Below are positions 43,461-54,934 of a DNA stretch of 64,000 nt, in pieces (position 1 is the first letter of the stretch; each line of letters opens with the position of its first letter). Position numbers and translations under genes: made by a program. This DNA is from Amoebophrya sp. A120. Its lineage: Eukaryota; Protista; Dinoflagellata. Below the pieces are notes generated by a model. It was not told the DNA's origin and did no database searches. It was given only the letters and a program-made list of their open reading frames with translations. The stretch covers positions 8,761,224 through 8,825,223 of the forward strand of contig CAJINV010000002.1 in assembly GCA_905178155.1 (NCBI GenBank). The letters are read 5' to 3'.

Positions 43461-46400
43461 TTACATTCTGAGAAGGTCGGCCTTTTTCACACCCTTGACC
43501 ATTCGCAACAAGGCTGCTCTGTTGTCTGCCATGTTCGAGCCGGATTTTGCTAGCGCCTCTCGCATCTGCGCCCTTCGCTCCGCGACTTCGCGTGTCTTCT
43601 TTTCTTTTTCCCTTGCCGCGGCAATGGCGTTTTCCCGCTTCAGCACTTCCGATCGCTTCTGAAAAATGTCCAAAAATTCGTCGTGTGCGTAGGTCTGGTC
43701 TTCTTTCTTCTTGTTCAGGTCTGTTAACCCTTCCCGCACCTTGCTCCAGAAGTAGTCGATGCTGTTGCCTTTGCGAAAACCCCGCAGCGCGGACTCGGGG
43801 AGCCAATTGGCGAGGTCAGAATCGGACAGAGGCTCTTCGTCCTCTGGTCTTCTGGCATCTTCTGAAGGATGCGGATCCGCGCGACTACTAGCAGCTCCAG
43901 AAGCAAATGCGGGGTATCTTTTCATACTCGGATGTTTATTTTGCGTTGCTGTTATGTCCTCTTCGTCCGGACTGCTTTCCAGAAAATCGTCGCGATTTGC
44001 AAGACGTTCCAAGCGCGCTCGTGAAGAAGACGCTGTGCCTCTCACTTCTGCTTCGGCTTCTCCTTCGTCGCTGGAAAGACCCAGGTCCTGTTCGCACTCT
44101 TCCTCTTGTACGTCCATCGCTGCCGTCGCCAGAACGACGTTTTTTGCCACGACCGAACGGGTGCGGAGATTGTCGGCCAGGGCGTCGAGTTCGTCGAGTT
44201 CGTCAAGCTCTTCTTCCTCCTCCTTCGTCATGGGATGTTTTACCTCGTCCGCTAGCGCATCTAGATCATCGAGGTCGTCTTGTTCTTCATTCTTACCCTC
44301 TGGCTCAACAAGGTCATCGTGTTCAACGTCATGATCTTTACCTAGCAGCTCTCCGGTACTGTTGTTAACACTATCAGCGAGGAGGTCTAAGTCGTCAAGC
44401 TCCTGCTCATCTTGGCTCTCATCATCATGTTGATCACCACCTTCTGGCTTGTTCAGATCGTCCGCGAGGAGATCAAGGTCATCGAGGTCGTCAAGCTGTT
44501 CGTCTTTTTCGGAATCAGCATCTTCTTGTAGCAGCCCGTCCGCGAGAAAATCCAACTCATCCAGCTCGTCGGCCACACCTTCTGGTTCTGCTGCGACTTC
44601 CTTACCTTTTGGCGGCCGGTTCTGTTGTTCTTCGGCATCTTCAACATCCTCGTAGTCCAGAGTGACAGGCTGCTTCGCAAGCTGATGTGCTGCGCCTGAT
44701 GAAGACGAAGAGGGTACTAGTATCTCCTCATTCTGCTCTCGTCTTCTTAGCGGTCGACCTACTTCCTCGAGCTCTGTGGTCATGGTACTGCGAGAAGCAG
44801 CTGCGGTCGTCGTGTCAGCGTCTTTTCTAACACTAAGATCCACTTCATCTTGAAGACCGCCAGCATCCCCTTCTGGTGGGAACTCCACTGCCTCTGTCAA
44901 CTCCTGTAGTTCATCGCGCAACTGCTGTAGTTTCATCAATTGCCTCTCTTTTTTCCTCTTCGTGCTCGGGTGCTCGTACTTTTGCAAGTGGTTCATTAGC
45001 CGCGCGATCTCTCGCACATTTTTCTTGTGCTTCTCGTCGTCCTTGCCCAACCTGGGCGGCAGCTCGTCCTCGAGTTTTCGGCAAACATGGTCGAAAAACT
45101 GCGACAGCTGCACCAAATCGTCCAAAACAGAATTATGGTGCACGGCCTTGCCGCCCTTCAGCTGCAGGTGCTGCTGGTGGCCCGGCAGCTCCATTTCATC
45201 GAGTTCTTCATCGTCCTCAGCCTCATCTACTTCATCACCATCTTCATCTGACTGATCTGGATCCTCGGTAGTACCACGCTTCAAAGATGTTTTTTCCTGT
45301 TGCGGAAGAGCGTGTTCTTCCGGAGGAAAGATTTTGGCACTGCTGCTGCCGGAGGCGGGGGCAGCCCGCGCCTCAGAAGCGGTGCTGTTGCCCGCTGCAA
45401 AAAGTGGTTCTTGCAGATTTTGTCCCAAAGAAGAAGAGGATGAGGCCGAAGCTCCTCCAGCTTCAGGTCCTGCTCCTGCGCCGGCAGATAGCGGGGAAGT
45501 TTTTTGCCTCTTCAGGTCCGGACTAACACTTCCATCCTCGTCGTCGGGAGATACCACTGCTCGGCCGTGTGTATTTTTGCCCAAAAGAGACGGAGGCGAG
45601 ACGCTGGTCGTGGGAGGGGGGGCATCCAGGGGTTGCCAAAGCTGCTGCGCCGGGCCTTGTTCGAGTTCTTGCTCTTCTGGGGCTCTTTCCGGAGGTGATT
45701 GACTTTTCATTGCGGCAGGCTGTCCGTCTTTCGAACCCGAAGTTGCAATGGGAACAAGCTGCGGTGCTGCTGGTCGGCCTTGCTGATCCTGATGCTGCGG
45801 CGATAAAGCCAGTCCTGTTCTACTAGCTGTCGCCAAGTCGCCCGGAAATGTCCCTGCCGCGACAACCTGCGTCCGCTGCTGCCCATTGCTTGGTGCAGGA
45901 ACCAGAGGCACAGAAAGTGCTCCTCCAGGCGGAAAGCTAGCGGATCCACTACTTGCGCTAGCAGTTCCGGGAAGGGTCGTGAGAAGCTGCTGCGGTTGCG
46001 CAACAAAGGCCGCAGTAGAAGAAGCGCTCGCGGAGGCGCCAACCAGCACGCCACCCTTGCCCGGCATCGCTGTAGTGGCGAAAGGTCCACTCACGGTACC
46101 TGGCTGCACCTGCTTCCCCTGCGTCTGCAGTGGAAGCATTCCTTTCGCTGCCGCGAGCTGCTTGTGCTTCGCCTGCTGCTGGAGCATGTAATAGTAGCGC
46201 TGCTGGTCTGTCATTTTTCCTTTCATGGTCGAGGGTCCGGCAGCAACTCCAACACCTTTCGCCTTCCCCGCAGCGGCTGCCTGCTGCTGGACAAACAACT
46301 GCTATGGCAGTGCACAACTCCCCCTCCCCCTCATTTGTATTGCATGAACAGCAATACAAGTGTCAGCAAGAATACAGGTTTTGCATGACAAATTTGAGCT

Positions 46401-47053
46401 GGATTGTAGTGCTATTTGGGCTACCAGAACTTGTGATGCAACCAGTGCAGAGAGCCAAGGCGTAAGTGAGGCATTTTGCATGACAAAAGAGGGGGAGGGG
46501 GAGTTGTGCACTCTCATAACTGCTGTTGCTGAATCGCAAGCTGCCGTGCTGTCGGCGCAAAACCTCCTGGTGGTGCGCCTGGCGCAACAGGAACAGCTGC
46601 TAAGCCGCCAACGCCAGAAGCTGCAACTGCTCCTGGCTGCTGTTGTAGTACTGTTCCTTGTGGTACTAGGTGACCCGCGACGCCCATACTACCTTTCAGT
46701 GCTTGTGCAGCCACTGCTTGTTGCTGCAGCATCAGCTGCTGTTGAAATTGCGCTCGGTGCAGCACATGCCCAGTGGGTGGCTGTTTGGCCTGTTGCGGTT
46801 GTCCACCTGGTAGCAGCATACTATTGCGAGCGGGTATTGTAGCAGCACCGGGTACAGCCTGTTGGGCTTGCAAAAACGCCGGATGATGTAACCCGGGTTG
46901 AAGATGCGGTGCTGGGAGTCCCACTGCGGGAGCGGCATTCGCTTTCGCCGCGGCCGCAAGTCTCGTGTTTCGTGCATGCGGAACTGCCTTCTGCTTCGCA
47001 TTTGCCTGCTTGGCGGCACCAGAGGAGCTAGAAGCAGCCTTTTTTGGGGGCAT
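43461..47053 (-). CDS. Hypothetical protein (about 1120 aa) with a Gln-rich N-terminus and five DxLDxLDxLAD repeats; split by an introner
   Basis: ORFs 46514..47053 and 43461..46298 fuse in frame (IQQQQ-L-FVQQQ) after removing the 214-nt element plus one 7-nt direct repeat. Confidence 0.8.
46304..46517. mobile_element. Introner-like / MITE-like element with terminal inverted repeats and a 7-bp target-site duplication
   Basis: TIRs ATGGCAGTGCACAACTCCCCCTCCCCCTC and GAGGGGGAGGGGGAGTTGTGCACTCTCAT; direct repeat AACTGCT at 46297-46303 and 46518-46524. Confidence 0.9.
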
Positions 47054-48166
47054 CTTTCACTTAATCTACTGGAGTACTTGTACTTCACTATCTACGTTTT
47101 TTAAGAAGTGATAGCGTAGTTGAAGAGTTGCAGTTGCATCCAAATCCAGAAAACTTATTCACGTTTCAAATCCAGAAAACTCGTCTTTTCCTCCATTTGC
47201 CTTCGAGAAAAGTGCCGGGCTTAGGGTTCCATATTGCCAGCCTTCGGGGCAGCGTGAGCGTGAGCGTCGAGGACACTGCATAAGGAAACTTACTACGTAG
47301 CCGACGTACAAGAAGCGTCATCATAGGTTCCATATAGATGAAGAGCAGTTGGTTAATGCGGTAAACGTAAGACTAACCATTTTTCCCCACGAAATAAAAT
47401 GAGCCCTGATCGCGGCATAGCATCAGAGAAGTAGTTGCACCTGGATGTAACTTCTAACACAACGTTTTTTTCGACCACTTTTGTGATCCTCTTCATTTGT
47501 TGCCACCTGCTCGACTGTATTTTTAGATTAGTGGGAATCCCCAGCAAATTGGCCGCTGGTAGAGATATCAATCCAGCAGGACATTCACGAATGAGAATTA
47601 TCTGGGTTGATGTCTCGTACTCCTGATCTAAGTCTCCGAATGGCAATAGCGAGGACTGCTGGGCTGAATCACACAATGATAATTTCCTGGTGGCCTCTTG
47701 CCTGTGAACTAGTAGCAGATCATACATACATGCCCTGCGAATGTTTCCGTGTCTTCCCCAAGAAGCGTAGGCAGGCGCGTGTGCTGCTCAAGCAGACATG
47801 TCGAACCAAATCACCACTGTGCACAAGATCTCTCCCTTTCTGAAGAAACTACCAGAAGCAGAACATCGTCTTGCGCGAAGTTTTCTCCTGCGTTACGAAC
47901 GTTTGCGCTCGCAGAACGAGGTCTCGATCGCAAACAGTATCCACATCAACCAGTGTGCGTGCTGGCGGGGATAAAGTCGGTGCAGATAAGCTCTCGTGGG
48001 ATTGAAGAGATTACCTGCTCTTCTATCCACGGACAGAAAAAAAACATTGTCGTAGTCGCTAAAGGATCTATATCTAGTAGAGATCAAGATGTCCATCTTT
48101 CGATACTTTAGGCATTCCTCGACGCGCACGGCTTGTCATTGCCTACGTACTCGAGATTCGAGAACC

Positions 48167-50940
48167 TCACATCATGTAGATGTTGCTGAAGTGAATGGCC
48201 GAGAACCTTGCGCTTTCTTCCTGGCACTTCGAGAGCATCATGGACGGTTGGTCGAGCATCAGGTAAAACTCCCGCTCTAGTGACCTGAAAAAATTGATGA
48301 CACTTACTTTGAAATGCATACTGAAACAAAAAAAAATTCAACATGATGCGTTGTCACTGTACTACAAACAAAAAAAAACATCAAACATGTTCTAAACCCC
48401 ACGCAGAAAAAGTACCTTTTCGCGCAGATCCAGCCTCTTTCGTGCTCTTTCAAACACACTTCCCGGTAATTGCAGTCGGAGTTTTTCGCAATTGTCGAAT
48501 GCAAACACTGCGCCAAGTACAAGTCTTTGTCGCCGTTTTGCAAATACTCCATCGTGTTCGGCGTGTTTACCTGCGACACGGTCAGCCGTCCGTTTTCCTT
48601 GTCGTCGTCCTTGCCCCCGGCACCCGAGCCATCCGCATTTCCGTCTCCCGGGGAGCTGTTGCCGTTGTTATTACCACCCGCCGTGTTGGACGTACTTGTG
48701 CCGCCCCCGGTAATGACGCTCGCCACAAGGTTGTAAACCCGCGATTGGGCGGACGCGGCTTGCTCCTTGTTTTTCTTCTTGCCGGACAGGGTGAGTGCGC
48801 CGTTTTTGTTCCCCTGGTGCGCATTAGTACCACTACCAGCTCCCCCGCCTCCGAGCAAAGTATTGCCGCTAGTACTCCCGCCCCCGAAGGCGGCGGAGAA
48901 GACATTTCGGCTCTGGGAACTGTGTCCGGTCGAGAAGTGGTTGGAGACCCGGAGCGCCTGGTTCGCGTGATTGAAGTAGAGAAAGCGGTACTCATCCTCT
49001 GCCGACATTACTAGGGAAAACTGCTTCTCGATAATCGGCACGAGCGTGGATAGATTCTCGCAGAGCTCTGGCGACGTGCTGTATTTTTTGATCGCCTCCA
49101 GTAGTCGTGCGTCCACGTTGACGTTCTTGTCGAAAACCAGCAAAAGTAGAACTCCGTGGTAGCAGAGCGCAACCAGCTGCCCCTCGGCGTTGTTACTCGG
49201 GAGAAACACCCGCGGGATGAACAGATTCCGATTGCTGGTCGCCGTGCTGGAGGTGTCGTCCGAGCCGAACAGGTAGCAACCGCTGTTGTGCGGCTGCGCG
49301 GATTTTTTCCTCCCAGCAGCACCTGTTCCGCTCCGCGCCGAGGGCAATACCGTGGCGGCACCGCCGAACAAGGTCGTTTCGATCAGGTTTGCCGCGGAAT
49401 TAGTGCTCGCACCCTCGGCGGCCTCGATCAAGTGCGATCTGCCGAACGCGCTGGAATGCGAATTGTTCGACGTGGGAATGCGGCCGTAGGGCGGCTGGTT
49501 CAGCTTCTCGTTCGAAACTTGCCCATTAAACAAATTAACGAGGTAGGAGTAGGCGACCTGGTTAAGTGTTGGTTGAATTTTTTAGACTTGACCATACGGT
49601 AAAAAATGCAGCTGACATCGATTGGCTCTGCCATAGATGTAGTTGCAGCCTGACGGCGATAACACTATGCCCTGGGACAACTTGTCCCAGCAACCATCTG
49701 TACGCAGCTGGCTACAAACATATGCTGCATGTGCTATATAACACTAGTATCATGTAGCAATCTATTTTCACATGAAAACCGCCACAAGTAATCTGGCGCA
49801 CTCTCTGAGTACCTTCATGTCCTCCAGATCCATGCCACTGTAGATGAGATGCGCCTTGTAAAACAGTGCGCAATTTCGGTACTCCACGCCCAGCATTTCT
49901 TTCAGTTTTGCCAGAAATGTTGCGATAGAGACGTAGGTGTTTCGTTCCACTGGTCCGTAGTGAAACCCATCGAGCTGGTAGAAAACACCGTTCGCCAACT
50001 GCGAGTCGAGCAAGTGGTGCGTCAAGGTTTCCAGATACGCAGGCACGAGGTCCTCCAGCAGGTCTGCCAGAAGTTCCCTTTGCTGCGACCTGGTTTTCAT
50101 GCTATGGCTGCTCATTTTTATTCCCGGTGCGATTTTTTTCCCATCTTCCTTTGAGGAACTTGACGCAGAAGTAGAAGTTCCTTGGCCCTTATTGTCGCCT
50201 TCCGGCAAAAAGTGCCGCACCTTTCCGTGAAGCAGTTGAAAGATGCTGTAGAGGTTTTTCAGCACCGCAAGCAGCGTGTTCTCCGGAATGATGGTTTCCA
50301 GTGACTCGCGAATGTCGATCACCTGCTGTCTGTGGTTGGGTCTGCTCGAGCTATTGTCCTCGCCCTTTTGCCCGTCAGGTGGTCCACCTAGGCCGTCATG
50401 GTCTCCCCGCGTCCTCGGGCTCTGCTTGTTTCCACCGGGAACCGTCACGGTTTTACTTCCGACAGTCACCGCGGGGTGCTTCACGGCGAGCGCGAACCAG
50501 ATGTTGTCTTCCACCTCTTCGAACCCGAAGGAGTAGTCCTTCGTCTTCATCGACCGCAGCGAGGAACATCGCTTCTTCTTTTGTTTCTTTATTCTACTGC
50601 TAGACGAACTGCTGCCTCCCGAGCCAGAGGTGCCGGCTGCGGCAGCTCCCGCCGGAGCCGTGGTTTTCGAGCCCGCCGGGCTGGCGGTGGATACGGTTTT
50701 TGTTTTTGGCTCCTTCGCAGGAGCATCCGTCATCATGTCCCACTGTCGCGTGAAATCCACCAAGCCCTGCACGAGCGACACCTGATTCCGTTTCTCCTCT
50801 TGCGTCACCAAACCGGGGTGGTAATACAGAATCTTCGCGTCCTGGTGTGCGAATTCCTTTTCGTCGTCCTGCAAGTGCGCGATTTCTTCGGGGGATGCTT
50901 TCGCTGTCGGATCCCACGCAAAAAAGCAGAACTGCGCCAT
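48167..50940 (-). CDS. CCZ1: Vacuolar fusion protein CCZ1 (Mon1-Ccz1 GEF subunit, longin domains); 3 exons
   Basis: KILYYHP...QVSLVQGLVDFTR, EVEDNIWFALAV, LKNLYSIFQLLHG, YRFLYFNHAN, GWICAKR|SLEREFYL, and C-terminal HFSNIY. GT-AG introns at 49812-49558 and about 48414-48285. Confidence 0.85.
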
Positions 50941-52523
50941 GTTTGTGCTTTTAAGGAGGAACACTGCAGGTCCAAATCAACAGAATGAGGAGAAATAACT
51001 GCAGCTATTGTAAAGGCGAAATTTTATTCCTTGCTCTCGAGGACAATAATGCGCGTCTTTCTAAACCTAAAATCGTATTGTAAACTACTTCCGTTCCTGC
51101 GTCGATGTACAAAAGCGAATGGGCACCAACAGGATAACACGTGTTCCAGAGAGGTTTTGATGCTTGCAAGCGCGAAGCGGAAAGAAATGGCGATCGATTA
51201 TCAGCTGGTCAGCTAATTCTTCATCGATCCTGAGCTCGCCCCGTGCAGCGATAATTTTTGCGTTTCGCTAGTTCCAACACAATCCAGGGTATCTTCAGAG
51301 ACAGAGAGCTGCAGTATGCAAAAAGAATTCGAGAGCTTGATGCGCTTGCCTGTGAACATCGGTCTTCATCATCCTTGTTCCTCCAGATTGGAGGGCGTGG
51401 AAGAAGGGTTGCAGGTGGCATTTTCAATTGCCTGCAAATGAAAAAGTCGGGGGGGAAAGTACGGTTTCTAAGTACTTTCATACCTATGATGGGCAAGTAT
51501 GTTTTTCGACTTGGACAGATAGCAGCATCAACACTGCTTTTTCTGCTGGTACGGTTTTTGCAATCACAAAGCTCTTTACTGGAGGAACATTGGTATGCAA
51601 AAGCAAAAGTAGTTGTCATGTGCATATAGCTTGCTTATCATCCAGTCGGGCGATTACCGTGCGGAGTTTTCTTTTTTTTCTGATACACGAGAAATCGCCA
51701 TCAATATGAGTAGAATCGATAGGGGTGGAATTCGCTTAGTTATCAGTTAGAGGTACACAAAATACATATTTTTCTTCATACTTAAAAATTTTATATGCGC
51801 GGAAATTATATATATTATCACGATCGGAAATAGATACAAGTGGCCGATATGTTGTACGAATTTATTATCATTGGAACGACTAGAGCAGTACTTGGTGCGG
51901 TTTTGACCTTGTAACTGATCAGGTGCCGAGCTTGATGCTATTTTTTCACGACCGACTACGATAGATCTCTACGTCGTTGCTTGAGCTTCATGATCCTTGC
52001 ACTTTCTATGAACGCGGCACATAATTAAGCGTTTTTTTTACGAGGATGCGGCCCCCTGCGATATCTACAACTAACAGCCTAGTGCTTTTTGACTCAAGAT
52101 CTGTGCTGCTGCGCACAACCATCGAGAAAAGGCTTGCAAGACGGAGAAATTATATAAGTTAATGCACCAGCACGAAGCGCGATGGCATTTCGACAGCGGA
52201 TATCTTCCCACCGCTGCGGGATGCGTTTATTTTTTTTACTTTTCAGTTGTGCTGTCAGCTGGGTGCACATCATTTTTGTTGTGAATTTACTACACTGAAG
52301 TTGACTGCTATGCTTTCGCAACACAGAAAGCGGATACAACATGCCTCGAAGCAACGCAGAGTAGTGCTTTTGTTGATGTGTCGATGTGGATGCGATCAAG
52401 CTAACTACGGAGTAGAAATTACATCACGCAAGACAATATCAAAAATAATACTACTTCTTGTGTTCTTGAAAGTGAAGTTTTTTTTGCATTACAAATCTGC
52501 ATGTTAATCCGAGCGAAAAAAAT

Positions 52524-53195
52524 CTACCCAAAAAGTTGCTTGTCGTTTACGGGGTCAATATCAAATTCGAAGCTATCGTCATTCAGCTCGAGGCTATCGC
52601 TTTTCGTTTTAGTATAAGTGAACTTTTGCGGCAAGCGTGGCAATTTCTTTTCGGTGATTCGGTCACTTTCCGCACAATTGCAGAGGGTATTATCACTTTC
52701 CCTGGCTCTTGCTTTTGCGGTAAGAATCGCGCAATTGAAAAGATCATCGCTACTTATTTCTTCACAAGTCAAATCTGAGCCAGTGTATAACTTTCCCCCT
52801 CTCCACCAACCACAAAAACACCTTCCCAACTCCGCGGCCCCATCCGGAACGCGGTGCGACATGGGGCCCAGTTGCACTGTCCTCCAGTTAGACTTTTGCA
52901 TTTCTCGGTAGGTGAGGCACGGCCCGCCGCCGGAAATAAAAGTTTTCTTGTAGATGATGATGTTTTTCTTGCACTTAGAGCATTCGCCGTTGTACTCTTT
53001 TTGGTGGTACTGCTTGTGCAGTTTGACGAGGTCGAGCTCCTTATGAAAAACGTCACTTGCGGCATCGACCTGCTTCTTCCACTTTCCACCCGCGTACTTG
53101 TTTCGATATTGTTGCAGCTCTTGTTCAAATTTCAGTTGCCCCTCGGATTTCGGCTCCTTCCGCACAGTGTCAGCAGTATGGATGCTAATTCGCGC
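52524..53195 (-). CDS. Hypothetical Cys-rich protein or terminal exon
   Basis: 213-aa ORF whose frame opens after a TAG acceptor-like site; CSKC, CFC and CNC motifs could bind zinc. Confidence 0.5.
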   Translation of the reverse strand, partial: ARISIHTADTVRKEPKSEGQLKFEQELQQYRNKYAGGKWKKQVDAASDVFHKELDLVKLHKQYHQKEYNGECSKCKKNIIIYKKTFISGGGPCLTYREMQKSNWRTVQLGPMSHRVPDGAAELGRCFCGWWRGGKLYTGSDLTCEEISSDDLFNCAILTAKARARESDNTLCNCAESDRITEKKLPRLPQKFTYTKTKSDSLELNDDSFEFDIDPVNDKQLFG

Positions 53196-53291
53196 CTACA
53201 AACAAGCCAGGTCATATAGTTGAAGCTCAGAGCCGTACATAAAAAAACTGGATGGCTACAGTTTGTCACGCGTGCAATGACTGCTGCGGTT

Positions 53292-54779
53292 TCATTTGTA
53301 GGCGGAATTTATTAGATATTTCAAATCAGGCAGCGGCTGCGGATTCTGCTGGTGCGGTTCGTCTTGCACCGCCTGTAAAATATTGGAAAAAATTATAAAC
53401 CGCACAAGGAGCGATCCATGCATGAGAAATCAGTCTGCTAATCGGGTCACAGCGAGAGCATTACACTGGGTGCACAAAATAGTTAGTACCTCTCTGTCTG
53501 CCACAACCTGCTTGCCAGCTGCTCCAAAAAGTCCAATCGCTCCTTCCAGAACCTTCTTCTCGTTCACTTTGATCTGGTCCGGGAGCATATTCTCTTCCTG
53601 AGTAGGCTCTTTAGCTTTCTTCGCGTTGTACTCGTCGATTTTCAGCCGGGCGTAGAACTGGATGTCGCTAGTCTTCTTGTCTATTTTTGCTTGCTCCATC
53701 TCGTCGGATAATTTTTTGTAAAAAGCCTTGATTGACATGCTCATCGTGCTGGCAACGCCGGTCGCGACGGCTTCATTTTTGTAGCACCCCTGCTTGACCA
53801 AGATCTTCTCGCCGTCCACTTCACCGAACATCATGCAAAACATAATGTCCCGCCAATGCTCGATCTGGTCTATTTGCTTCTCGACCCGCCGGAAAAAAAC
53901 CATCATCTGGTCCTTGGAGAATTCTTTTTCCTCCTTTTTCGGTCTGGTTTGCCACTCGTCAACTGCTGCAGTCGGTTTCTGTTGGCTTAGAATTTGCATC
54001 TCGGTAATGCCTTCCGGGGCATCAAAAAAAATTCCGTCCAGCATCTTCTTTTTCTCGCTGCTCGTCTTTTTATTTCCTTGGCGGGTCATGTGCTGAAACC
54101 TGACGTCCACCCGATAGTCTTGTAAGTCGCCAACAACCGAATCCGTGTTATTCTGCAGCGAGGAGTCATTTTGTTGTTGGTCATCTACCTTGGAGTTGTG
54201 GTGTGTGGAATTTTCTTCAAATACGTCCCACAAACGCTCCTCCCGTTCTTTCACACTGTTGTAGTCCAGCTTCCTCCAAAATTCGTATGGTTCGAAACAC
54301 TGCCGCCCATCCATGTCCGGGCGAAAGTTGATGATTCTTCGGGGTTCGTCCTGAAACAAGAACTCGCATGTTTTCTTCACGTCCGCTTGCTTGGAACTTT
54401 TTGCGCCCGTAGGATTTGGAAGAACACCGTACCCGGCCTCGATCGCAGCCTGCAACGGAGTAAGCTGCTCCGTGTCAAAAAACCAGCAAATTCTGCAGCG
54501 AGACTTGTTCAGGATTCTGTACCGCGCGTCTCTGACGACCCGGATTTCTTGAAAATGCCCCGAGGTGCACATATCAATGCGCGAGGAGGTGATGAGCAAG
54601 CATTTCAGCCGAGATTTCGTGGACATGGCGTGGGTTGGAAACGGAAGCGCCCAATTCCAATGCTCGTCTGGGTACTCGAACTCCGCGACGTTGCCAGCGT
54701 GTTTGTCATTTTCGTACTTCTTGGTCACGTCACCGCTGTAAGGTGACTCGAAACACCGGGCAAAACCTGAAGGCATCAC
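53292..54779 (-). CDS. Hypothetical protein (possibly a 3' continuation of the transposase-like gene)
   Basis: 449-aa ORF; a GT-AG intron at about 53489-53373 adds the exon AVQDEPHQQNPQPLPDLKYLINSAYK*. No recognised domain. Confidence 0.6.
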
Positions 54780-54934
54780 ATATTTACACTTTTAAAAAAT
54801 TATTGGCATGAAATTGCTGCTCGTTTTGCGCATTTTGGACGAACGTAAGCTGCTGCACAGGATTCAGCTGCAGATCAAATGCACAACCATAGGACACACG
54901 CATAAACAATTATACTTGTACTAGATGCACACTT

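Noticed and set aside
51720-51736. TAGGGGTGG as a hAT-type TIR
   Set aside because: No matching inverted partner or TSD found in the window.
51221-52507. Short ORFs between CCZ1 and the orphan block
   Set aside because: No motifs, AT-rich, and no consistent splice structure.
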